Of a stretch of DNA of 64,000 nt, positions 47,351-55,933 are shown piece by piece. The notes under the pieces were generated by a model. The model ran no database searches and was not told the DNA's origin. It was given only the letters and a program-made list of their open reading frames with translations. A program made the translations under genes and the position numbers. This DNA comes from a virus: IMG/VR virus record IMGVR_UViG_3300028416_000006. One strand, written 5' to 3'. Numbering within the stretch: position 1 is the stretch's first letter; every line of letters begins with the position of its first letter.

Positions 47351-48106
47351 CTAGTAAGATAAGGTTTTGTCAACCGAAATGTCTTGTTTTCTACCAAAAT
47401 AGTACATATTATAGTAAACATCTATTGCAATCATGTCGTTTGTTGCAAACCAGTCATTATGTACACATGTTGGGCCTTTTACATGTAATTCACCGTCTAC
47501 TATCTTCCAATCACAGTAATAATTGTTACCTAATATAGTAAAATCACTAGGTGGAGTTCTATGTATAAGATACTCTGATTGTTCTTGTACTTTTTGTATT
47601 GATTCCATACTATCAAACACTGCATTAATAGTAATAGGTCCTATTTCGCTCATACCCCAATTAGGTTGCACAATAGCACCCTTGCTTACAAATGCTTCAA
47701 TCATTTCCCATGTCACACGATCACTTCCACCTAAAATGCGTTTACCAGTAAGATCACAATCAGCAAATCCTTTGGTATTCATTAATGCATACATCTGTGC
47801 TGGTGCTAAAAATGTATGTGTATAATTTGCAAAATCTTTTAAAAAAGTAAATGCATTAAATTGTTGTACTTTAAATTCTGCACCAATACTGTATGCAGGT
47901 AATGTTTGTGTTAATAATCCTCCTGCATGTGTCATACGTGTAACTGTAAGTATCTTTGATTTTTTGGAAATATCCTGGGCATCCAATGCCACTTCAACAC
48001 ATGCTTTTAGATTGTCTGGTGTTCTGTGTACTACCTTGGCAGGGCCTGTAGTTCCACTAGAGCTTATTTCAACTCCATGTGTAAGCATATGTTTGTAGTC
48101 TGTCAT
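47351..48106 (-). CDS. minimal AMP-binding (ANL superfamily) enzyme
   Basis: SSGTTGPAK, HAGGL, WGMSE, GELHVKGP, WFATND, FGRK. Confidence 0.85.
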   Translation of the reverse strand: MTDYKHMLTHGVEISSSGTTGPAKVVHRTPDNLKACVEVALDAQDISKKSKILTVTRMTHAGGLLTQTLPAYSIGAEFKVQQFNAFTFLKDFANYTHTFLAPAQMYALMNTKGFADCDLTGKRILGGSDRVTWEMIEAFVSKGAIVQPNWGMSEIGPITINAVFDSMESIQKVQEQSEYLIHRTPPSDFTILGNNYYCDWKIVDGELHVKGPTCVHNDWFATNDMIAIDVYYNMYYFGRKQDISVDKTLSY

Positions 48107-49134
48107 TGTTCGTACTTAGCTAAACTATTATTAATCTGGTTATTAACTCTTACAAAGGTTGTACGATTATAAACGTCTTTTATATTGTCTGCACCCACAT
48201 ATGTACATACACTGCGTAAACCACCCTGTATCTGCTTTATAACGCTTACAATAGACCCTTTTGCAGGTATCATTAAGTCTCTTCCTTCGTTGGGTCTATA
48301 CTCTTGTTCTGTTGGATTTGTGCGGTTGTACATTGTTGTGCTTCCTAATCCATAAAAGTTTACATATTTCTTTCCGTCAATTTCAACAATATTATCACAT
48401 TCTTCTGACTTAGAAACCATACCGCCTACCATCACCATAAATGCTCCGGCGCCTATTGCTTTTGCAACATCACCTGCAGTAACACAACCACCATCGGAAA
48501 TAACTCCCATGTCGTGTACTCTGGCTGCGGATGCTACATTCATAATTGCACTTAACTGCGGAACTCCTACACCTACTTCCGATCTTGTCCTACATGCAGC
48601 GCCACTTCCAACTCCAACTTTTAATAAGTCTGCACCTGCTTCGTGTAGTTTAGAAACAAGTTCAGGAGTAGCAATGTTACCTGCTGAAATTTTAATATGA
48701 GGGAATAAATCTCTGTAAGTTTTAACTGTGTTAACTATACCATCTACATTAGCATATACATTAGCAATGTCAACATTAATCAATCCAATATCTGGAAACT
48801 TTGTAACAACTTCAATTGTTTTTTCTAAGTCCCACTTTTGTACACCACTTGTAATTGCAATATATTTTCTATCTTCCATTTTACCAAGTTCTTCTAAATG
48901 TTCTTCTGCTGTATATTCTTTATGTATAAATGTAAACACTCTCATAGGAGTAAGGATATTTGCAATTTTATATGTTCCTGTACTAAGCATATTCGAAACA
49001 CACACTGGCGTTGCTTTTGCACCAAGCCAATCAATTTCAATATCTACACTTTTTCGTGTAAGTGTTTTACTACTAGCCAATGGTTCAATAAGAACATCAC
49101 TAAAGTCTAATTTAATATCATTTTTAATTTTCAT
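48103..49134 (-). CDS. divergent GMP reductase paralogue
   Basis: KLDFSDVLI, GVGSGAACRTR, SDGG, FYGLGS, YRPNEG. Confidence 0.85.
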   Translation of the reverse strand: MKIKNDIKLDFSDVLIEPLASSKTLTRKSVDIEIDWLGAKATPVCVSNMLSTGTYKIANILTPMRVFTFIHKEYTAEEHLEELGKMEDRKYIAITSGVQKWDLEKTIEVVTKFPDIGLINVDIANVYANVDGIVNTVKTYRDLFPHIKISAGNIATPELVSKLHEAGADLLKVGVGSGAACRTRSEVGVGVPQLSAIMNVASAARVHDMGVISDGGCVTAGDVAKAIGAGAFMVMVGGMVSKSEECDNIVEIDGKKYVNFYGLGSTTMYNRTNPTEQEYRPNEGRDLMIPAKGSIVSVIKQIQGGLRSVCTYVGADNIKDVYNRTTFVRVNNQINNSLAKYEQ

Positions 49135-49138
49135 TTTC

Positions 49139-50515
49139 TTATCCTAAATTATGTTTATCTTTTATTCGTTGTATTGCATCCAGTGTTGGAATTTTAACAG
49201 TTTTATCGTAATCAAATACTTTTGGTTTATTGATAAAATTAAATCCAAGTGCTGTTTGGAACATAAAGTATATATGTGTTGTGTTATACAAGCATTCTAA
49301 ACTTCCGTTTTTAAATATTTCCATTTGCTCTTTTAGTTTCTCTGGAATAGGTTTCTTTTTCTGATCTTGCCAAAATTTTGTATCATTTCGTGTTGCTGAT
49401 CGATAATGTAATATAGTAAAATCTCTAAAGTCAGTTACCATCTCATGAACGTATTTATTATACTGATCTATTGTCTTTTGTTTTTTAAATACTTTTATCA
49501 ATTCTTCAGCACTGTAAATACTACAATGTAATGCAGTTGCTTCTAGTGGTTCGATAAATCCTGCACTTAATCCAATAAAAGCATAATTTACACCTGCTGT
49601 TTTCTTATAACATCCACTTGTGTACTCTACTACTTTAATTGGTTCAACATCATGTCCAAGATACTTTTGTGCTTCAGCAATTACTTCATCAGATGATGCA
49701 TGCTTTGTACTGTAATTATATCCTGATCCACAATTGTTTGTTTTTGGAACTTCCCACATCCATCCACTTTCCATTGCTCTTGAAACTGTATACGCTTGTT
49801 TCTTTGCAGGAAGTAAAAATGGAACTGCGGCATTAATATCTAACCATTCTTCATAAGGTTCAAATTCATGTTCAACAAAATCTGCAAACAAACGCCTAAA
49901 GCCTGTTGAGTCTACATAAAAGTCTGCTGTGTATGAATCTTTTTCTCCGTGTAAACTTATTATCTTTCCATTATTGACTTCAACATCAATAATAGTATCA
50001 ACTGTGCTAGTAACTTTAGTACTTTCTAAACACTTGTCTCTGAAAAATTGTCCTACATTCCTGCCATCAAAATGAAATGTATGTCTTTTAACTTCTGTAA
50101 AGTCTTGTAATTCATGTTTCATTAGAAATGCATTAATACTTACATCATCTACATCTATATTATCTTCTAATATTTTGTACATAATGTCAATATCTTTGTT
50201 TGGCGAGTGCTCAGGATTTCTTCTAGCATCATAATGCCATGCATCTACATACTTGTTAAACTTAGTTCCTACACCTTGCCAGTTCTCAAATAATATTCCT
50301 AACTTAACTGTGGAATTAGTTTTTTCTAAAAATTCTTTGTGGTCACCTTTAAGTATAATATCGTCTAGCGAGCCAGTTGCTCCTTCTCCTGTTCCTATAA
50401 TAGGAACTGTACCACTGTGAATAACTTGTATTTCGTCAACAGATTCACTGCGTAGTATTTGATACGCTGAGGCCCAAGAAGCTGAACCGCCTCCAACTAT
50501 AATAAGTTTTTTCAT
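49139..50515 (-). CDS. flavin-dependent (tryptophan) halogenase-family protein
   Basis: VGGGSASW, IGTGE, TVKLGI, GWMWEVP, GFIEPLEAT. Confidence 0.88.
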   Translation of the reverse strand: MKKLIIVGGGSASWASAYQILRSESVDEIQVIHSGTVPIIGTGEGATGSLDDIILKGDHKEFLEKTNSTVKLGILFENWQGVGTKFNKYVDAWHYDARRNPEHSPNKDIDIMYKILEDNIDVDDVSINAFLMKHELQDFTEVKRHTFHFDGRNVGQFFRDKCLESTKVTSTVDTIIDVEVNNGKIISLHGEKDSYTADFYVDSTGFRRLFADFVEHEFEPYEEWLDINAAVPFLLPAKKQAYTVSRAMESGWMWEVPKTNNCGSGYNYSTKHASSDEVIAEAQKYLGHDVEPIKVVEYTSGCYKKTAGVNYAFIGLSAGFIEPLEATALHCSIYSAEELIKVFKKQKTIDQYNKYVHEMVTDFRDFTILHYRSATRNDTKFWQDQKKKPIPEKLKEQMEIFKNGSLECLYNTTHIYFMFQTALGFNFINKPKVFDYDKTVKIPTLDAIQRIKDKHNLG

Positions 50516-51021
50516 AATATCATTCCTTTTAATTTATTTTCGTAAATATTACAAACATCTTCAAACGCTTCTTCAAAGCAGAGTTGAAATACTAGTCTAG
50601 TATTGTTATCTTCAGTAAAATGCACATTATGATTGTAGCCACCTGTGTTTAATATGGCACCTTGATTATCATAGTTTATATCACATACAAAGTTTTCGTC
50701 ATCGTCATAAAAATGTGTCTTACCACCGTTATTTGTTAATGGAAAACTAATAACAGTTTGTCTTGGCATATATAAATTTTCGTATTCGTTATATCTATTT
50801 TTGTCTTTGTGTATTTTACTTCCAGATTCAGTTACACGTAGCATCTGACATACACAATTTAGTCCTGTAGTATTAAACTTTTGTATAGTACTTGGTAATT
50901 TAAAGAAACTTATTTTATAGCTTATGTCTACAAATGCCTCTGGTGCATATGCTATTTCTAACAATTGCTCCTTAGTATTATCTGATATCATATAAGGTAT
51001 TAATTTATAATACGGTTCCAT
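50512..51021 (-). CDS. possible 2OG-Fe(II) oxygenase-fold protein
   Basis: IHKD...HNV...RLVFQ. Confidence 0.55.
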   Translation of the reverse strand: MEPYYKLIPYMISDNTKEQLLEIAYAPEAFVDISYKISFFKLPSTIQKFNTTGLNCVCQMLRVTESGSKIHKDKNRYNEYENLYMPRQTVISFPLTNNGGKTHFYDDDENFVCDINYDNQGAILNTGGYNHNVHFTEDNNTRLVFQLCFEEAFEDVCNIYENKLKGMIL

Positions 51022-51841
51022 AAACTTCTTTCATATTTTCATACTCAGTCATTAGTTGTTGAGTAATAGGTCCTGACTTTTGTGTTGCAGTAACTCCGCC
51101 ACTTGAACTTGTTATAAAAACTTCATCTGCATTATTAAATTCTTCTTGTGATATTGGTAGTCTACAAAACAGAATGCCGTTGTTTCGTGCAATGTCTTCT
51201 ACTACTGTCATTGTAATACCTTTTAGAACATTTTTGTCTGCTGTGTAAATAACTTTGTTTTTGACAATGCCTACATTAAATCCTGGACCTTCTGTAACAT
51301 GTCCATCTACGTCTACAAGAATAGTTGTGTCTGCGTCTGTTGGTTTGTTACGTTGGCTCATTGTTAAGTCTAGCCAAGCCATATTTTTATATTCTTGCCC
51401 ATAGTAATCATCACTGACTCTGTTTGTATTTGTATCTAGATATAAATTTACAATAGGATTGTTTGCAATAGGATAACTAGGCTTGATATACATAGCAAAA
51501 TGTATTGGACAGTTTTCTATGTCTCGTGGATTACCGCTTGGTGGAGCGCCGCGCCATACAAGGAACCAAACAAACGCATTTGTAACATCATTTAGTCTTT
51601 TAAGTTCCTTAACAATGGCTAATCTGTCTACATCTGGTAGCTCTAGTCCATATCGCTTTGCACTGTTTTCAAATCTTGTTGAATGTCTTTCGTAACAAAA
51701 TGCTTTACCGTTATAAACAGGCATAACATCATATGTAGCATCACAGTGTATAAATCCAAAGTCCAATATGCTTGGACCAATTTCTCTTAATGGCTTATAT
51801 TCGCCATCTCTGTATGCTATTAAATCTAATACATTAGTCAT
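51005..51841 (-). CDS. PLP-dependent class IV aminotransferase
   Basis: DATYD, YKN (catalytic Lys), TEGPGFN, LKGIT, ADEVFITSS. Confidence 0.9.
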   Translation of the reverse strand: MTNVLDLIAYRDGEYKPLREIGPSILDFGFIHCDATYDVMPVYNGKAFCYERHSTRFENSAKRYGLELPDVDRLAIVKELKRLNDVTNAFVWFLVWRGAPPSGNPRDIENCPIHFAMYIKPSYPIANNPIVNLYLDTNTNRVSDDYYGQEYKNMAWLDLTMSQRNKPTDADTTILVDVDGHVTEGPGFNVGIVKNKVIYTADKNVLKGITMTVVEDIARNNGILFCRLPISQEEFNNADEVFITSSSGGVTATQKSGPITQQLMTEYENMKEVYGTVL

Positions 51842-52103
51842 CGAAATGCACCTTTTGTAATTGTGGGTCGTCTGGTAGTTTTTTCTTAAGAGTTTTTAAC
51901 CTACTAATTCTCCATTCGAGTAATTTAAAATCAAGTACCCAAGGAAAAATTGCATGTATTAGACTTCCAATACAAACAAATAATAGGAAGAAAAATTCCA
52001 TTATAGCAAGTTTGAAATGCCAAAGGTATCCAACAATTCCAGTTAAATGTTCGACATTTGCTTTATATTTTGCATCTATTAGATGCTTACGATTGAACCA
52101 CAT
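51834..52103 (-). CDS. small membrane protein (DUF6356-like)
   Basis: GYLWHFKLA...LIHAIFPW. Confidence 0.55.
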   Translation of the reverse strand: MWFNRKHLIDAKYKANVEHLTGIVGYLWHFKLAIMEFFFLLFVCIGSLIHAIFPWVLDFKLLEWRISRLKTLKKKLPDDPQLQKVHFDD

Positions 52104-52644
52104 AGTTCCCTCTCAATCTATTTCTTCTTTTTGTATACTCATGTATATTCAGTTTCCATACTGTTTGTTGTGTATAATATAATTCCATATCAGCATGTTT
52201 TGATAATATTCCTTGCTTTGCAAGTAATCCCATAAGCCTATGATTGCGTGATGCTTTTCCATTTGAATGCTCATGATCTATGTTAGTTGTTAGGTATAAC
52301 TCATTGCTAGGACACCATTCAATAAATTTTGGAATCATTTCACGTTGTGTAATGCTATTCCAGTCGCCTTTGCCTAGTCCTTTAAAGTTATCATTATGGG
52401 GTAGTTCACAACCTCTAAACATTATGCGCCATGCATTTGGTCCTACTTCTGGTAATGGATGACAACCTGCTACTGCTACAATTTCATTGTTTACTATAGC
52501 ACAAAAATATTCACCTTGCTCTTTACACCATTCATATTTCATTGCTTTTAAACTACTGTTGTTTATATATTTTAATTCTTTTGCTTTACTACAGAATCTT
52601 TCCAACATCGAAATATGATTGTTAGTTATTATTTCTATTTTCAT
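52087..52644 (-). CDS. GNAT-like protein
   Basis: EIVAVAGCH...RIMFRGCELP. Confidence 0.5.
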   Translation of the reverse strand: MKIEIITNNHISMLERFCSKAKELKYINNSSLKAMKYEWCKEQGEYFCAIVNNEIVAVAGCHPLPEVGPNAWRIMFRGCELPHNDNFKGLGKGDWNSITQREMIPKFIEWCPSNELYLTTNIDHEHSNGKASRNHRLMGLLAKQGILSKHADMELYYTQQTVWKLNIHEYTKRRNRLRGNYVVQS

Positions 52645-52664
52645 TTATTACCTTTGTTTGGTTG

Positions 52665-53954
52665 TTACCAACTAGATAAAGCTGCTCTAAACCAGATAGC
52701 AGTAGTGCCATCATAGTCTGCATTTGCTACATAAATGTAAGTACCGTCTGATGCAATATTACCTTTTTTATCTCCGCTCTTACCAATAGCACTATTAGGA
52801 ACTGTTTGTACTATTGGACTAGCATTTGGTCCTAAGTTTGTTGTATTAGCAGGTGGAGTAGATACAACTGTTCCACTTTCTGTTAATCCTGTCATTCCTG
52901 GCTGTGCTACATTTTCTGCTGGGCCGCCTGAGCTAATTTGTTGTACTACTTGAGTAGTGTCTGTTGTATATCTTATTATTCTTCCACATTCATCATATAC
53001 TGGTACTTGCTCTGATAACTGTACTGTAGGATCTCCATCGTTTTCTAATTTTGCAATCATTTCTTGTTCAAGTATATAATAAAAAATATTATTACCTGCT
53101 GAGTCTACTGCATAACCTTTTAAACTATTATATAACGCTTGTAAATTACTTGCATATTGTTGACTCTTTGCTAGAGTCATATTATCCATATCTACTGCTA
53201 CACCAACTTGTGTGTTTACCCGTGTACTTGGTGCAAAAATACTGCCACCGTTTGATTCTGTTCCGCTAAAATTGTTCTCAAACTCAATAAGATTTTTGAT
53301 ATCATTACTAAATGCATTTAGATCACTAATAATACTATTTCTTAACGAAGTAGGCATTCCTAATAGGTTATCAATATTATCACCTAACTGTTTTAATAAT
53401 CCACCAGTAAACAAGTTTGGATTAAATTTACCATCACTGCCAATACATCCACCAATATCACTATCTAACATAGTTCCTAATGTATCTAATATATCTTTAC
53501 CCGCACCTGTAAAACTTCCTGTTGCATCTTTTAATACGTTTGGAATAGCACGTGGAACAATGGGTGTACCACAGAAGTTAATCATGTTAGCAATAGCGGC
53601 AAACTCTGCCACTGCGGCATTAAGTCTACTTAATGCATTATCAATGTTAGTATGTGCTATGAATTCATCTAAGGCAGCTTCTGCTTCAAGTAACGCATTT
53701 TTTAAATCTGATAAAGCTGAAGGTAGTTCTGGTATTAATCTGCCTATGTTAATTTTTAAACATATTTGCAAATTAGGTAATTTTACACCGTTACCGGCTA
53801 GTAAACTACATATAATTTCTTTTAAACTAAATGATTGTGTTTGTGGAGTAATAGTTCCATTATTTAGGTCTACATCAGCACCAGTAGGAATGTCAACAGT
53901 AGTCCTATTGATATAATCACTTGCATTTTTTACTCCATCTACAAAATCACTCAT
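52665..53954 (-). CDS. probable structural/baseplate-associated protein
   Basis: Follows PAAR; C-terminal GDKKGNIASDGTYIYV...W motif typical of fibre ends. Confidence 0.55.
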   Translation of the reverse strand: MSDFVDGVKNASDYINRTTVDIPTGADVDLNNGTITPQTQSFSLKEIICSLLAGNGVKLPNLQICLKINIGRLIPELPSALSDLKNALLEAEAALDEFIAHTNIDNALSRLNAAVAEFAAIANMINFCGTPIVPRAIPNVLKDATGSFTGAGKDILDTLGTMLDSDIGGCIGSDGKFNPNLFTGGLLKQLGDNIDNLLGMPTSLRNSIISDLNAFSNDIKNLIEFENNFSGTESNGGSIFAPSTRVNTQVGVAVDMDNMTLAKSQQYASNLQALYNSLKGYAVDSAGNNIFYYILEQEMIAKLENDGDPTVQLSEQVPVYDECGRIIRYTTDTTQVVQQISSGGPAENVAQPGMTGLTESGTVVSTPPANTTNLGPNASPIVQTVPNSAIGKSGDKKGNIASDGTYIYVANADYDGTTAIWFRAALSSW

Positions 53955-53955
53955 G

Positions 53956-54246
53956 CTATGCTCCTATATGTACATCTGGACTACCAGAGGTTGCTGATGG
54001 ACTGCAATGAGGTCCGCCCGGTAATGGACATAATGAATCGGATGCAGCTGAGTTGCCGTTTAATACAACCAATACTTCGCCAACAAATACCTTGTTGCAT
54101 GCAGCGTTTAGTTCACCACCGCCATGTGTGTTCGGATCATTGTCTACACTGATTGGTCTATTATTTACAAATACTCTAGAGTTGTTTGATGCAGTTGTAC
54201 CTGCACCGCAACTACGTGAGTCTCCATTTCTATGAACCTGTGGCAC
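53956..54246 (-). CDS. PAAR-domain spike tip protein
   Basis: HRNGDSRSCG, VFVN, H/C ligands, SGSPDV. Confidence 0.85.
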   Translation of the reverse strand: MPQVHRNGDSRSCGAGTTASNNSRVFVNNRPISVDNDPNTHGGGELNAACNKVFVGEVLVVLNGNSAASDSLCPLPGGPHCSPSATSGSPDVHIGA

Positions 54247-54535
54247 TTGCTATTGCTATTCCTGTACTTTGTTTAATATACATTTCACTGGCATCCTTTG
54301 CTGACTTAACTATGCATATAATGTTATTTATCTTTAACTTTACTTTGGTGTCTGGTGCAATTGTAAACATATACGGAGCTAGTGCCATTCCATTTTGTGC
54401 TGCAATTAAAATATAAGGTTTAACAACCGTAACTACATCTTCGTTTTCATCTTCAAAACGTGCAATCATTTCTTCACCCGAAGAAAGTTTAATACTTACT
54501 ACATCACTTACTTTATACTGTGCTTCTATTAACAT
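54230..54535 (-). CDS. Sm-like fold hypothetical protein
   Basis: SIKLSSGEEMIAR pattern. Confidence 0.6.
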   Translation of the reverse strand: MLIEAQYKVSDVVSIKLSSGEEMIARFEDENEDVVTVVKPYILIAAQNGMALAPYMFTIAPDTKVKLKINNIICIVKSAKDASEMYIKQSTGIAIASATGS

Positions 54536-54545
54536 ATGTTATCCT

Positions 54546-54797
54546 TTATAATGAATGTCCGGTACCATTGTAACTTGTATCTTCAATGTACTTGACTAGT
54601 TGATCGTACCCACCTATTTTGTTGCCACTAACAACAATCTGTGGGAATGTTCTGGCAGTTGGAAATTCTTCTACCATAACTTCTCTTGTGAAATCTTTAT
54701 CTAACTGCTTGTATTCGAAATCTAAACCTCTAGACTCGCATAACCTTTTAGCGGCGTCACAATAACCGCATTGTGTTTTTCCATAAATTGTAATCAT
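54546..54797 (-). CDS. glutaredoxin
   Basis: CGYC, TFPQI, IGGY. Confidence 0.93.
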   Translation of the reverse strand: MITIYGKTQCGYCDAAKRLCESRGLDFEYKQLDKDFTREVMVEEFPTARTFPQIVVSGNKIGGYDQLVKYIEDTSYNGTGHSL

Positions 54798-55921
54798 AAA
54801 CTCATCCCTGAAAATGTGTCTTCACCTACGTCTTTTTTCACACCACCAATAATATAAGAACTAATCTCTGTTTCTTGCGGTGCTACTTGTACTTCTGCTC
54901 CACTAATCCATTTTTGTGTCCATGGTAGTGGGTTTGCTTGTGAAGTTGTATAAGGACACTTCATGCCAAGTCCTATCATACGCTTACAACAAATCCATTC
55001 AATGTAGTCGCTCAACAACTGTGCATTAAGACCAATCATTGATCCATCCTTAAACAAATAGTTTGCCCATTCTTTTTCTTGCTCAACTGCATCAACGAAC
55101 ATTTGTGTTACTTCGTCTTTACATTCTTCTGCAATTTTTAGGAAGTCTGGGTCTTCTTTTGTTAACACTTTTGATAACAAGTACTGTGTACTTGCTAAGT
55201 GTACGTTTTCGTCACGGGCAATAAACTTAATAATCTTAGCATTGCCTTCCATCTTTTTAAGTTCTGCAAATGCCCAAGAGCATGCGAAACTTACATAGAA
55301 ACGAATTCCTTCTAAAATGTTAACACTATTCATTGTTAACCAAATCTTTTTCTTTAATTCATATTCATCTACTTCAACTATTTTACCGTTTACTTTGTGT
55401 TTACCTACACCTAATAATTGATAATATTGAGATAGTTCAATAAGCTCATCATAGTATTTTGAAATGTCATCGCCACAGTCGGTAATTTCTTTACTGTCCA
55501 TTAACTCGTCAAATATTACAGTAGGATTAGAGTAAATGTTACGGATAATGTGTGTATAACTTCTACTGTGAATTGTTTCACTAAATGTCCAAGTCATAAT
55601 CCAATTTTCTAATTCTGGTAAACTTGTAATAGGACCAAATGCTTCAACTGGTGCTCTACCCTGTACACTGTCTAGTAAGATTTGCCTTTTGAGATTAGCA
55701 GTAAAAATGTGTTGCTCATGCTCTGTGAGATTTTTAAAATCTTGTGAATCTTTACTAACATCCACTTCTTCAGGACGCCAAAAGAATCCTAACTGTTTAT
55801 CAGTTAGTTTATCAAACTGTTTGTATTTCACAGTATCATATCGTTGAAAGCCTAATTGGCCATCTAGAAATGCATTACATTCAGTGTGGTATTTTTCATT
55901 TTTTGTGTTTAAAATTGTCAT
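54794..55921 (-). CDS. nrdB: class Ia ribonucleotide reductase beta subunit
   Basis: FFWRPEE, ETIHSRSY, EGIRFYVSF, RDENVH, VAPQETEISSY. Confidence 0.97.
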   Translation of the reverse strand: MTILNTKNEKYHTECNAFLDGQLGFQRYDTVKYKQFDKLTDKQLGFFWRPEEVDVSKDSQDFKNLTEHEQHIFTANLKRQILLDSVQGRAPVEAFGPITSLPELENWIMTWTFSETIHSRSYTHIIRNIYSNPTVIFDELMDSKEITDCGDDISKYYDELIELSQYYQLLGVGKHKVNGKIVEVDEYELKKKIWLTMNSVNILEGIRFYVSFACSWAFAELKKMEGNAKIIKFIARDENVHLASTQYLLSKVLTKEDPDFLKIAEECKDEVTQMFVDAVEQEKEWANYLFKDGSMIGLNAQLLSDYIEWICCKRMIGLGMKCPYTTSQANPLPWTQKWISGAEVQVAPQETEISSYIIGGVKKDVGEDTFSGMSL

Positions 55922-55933
55922 TCATGTGTTTCC

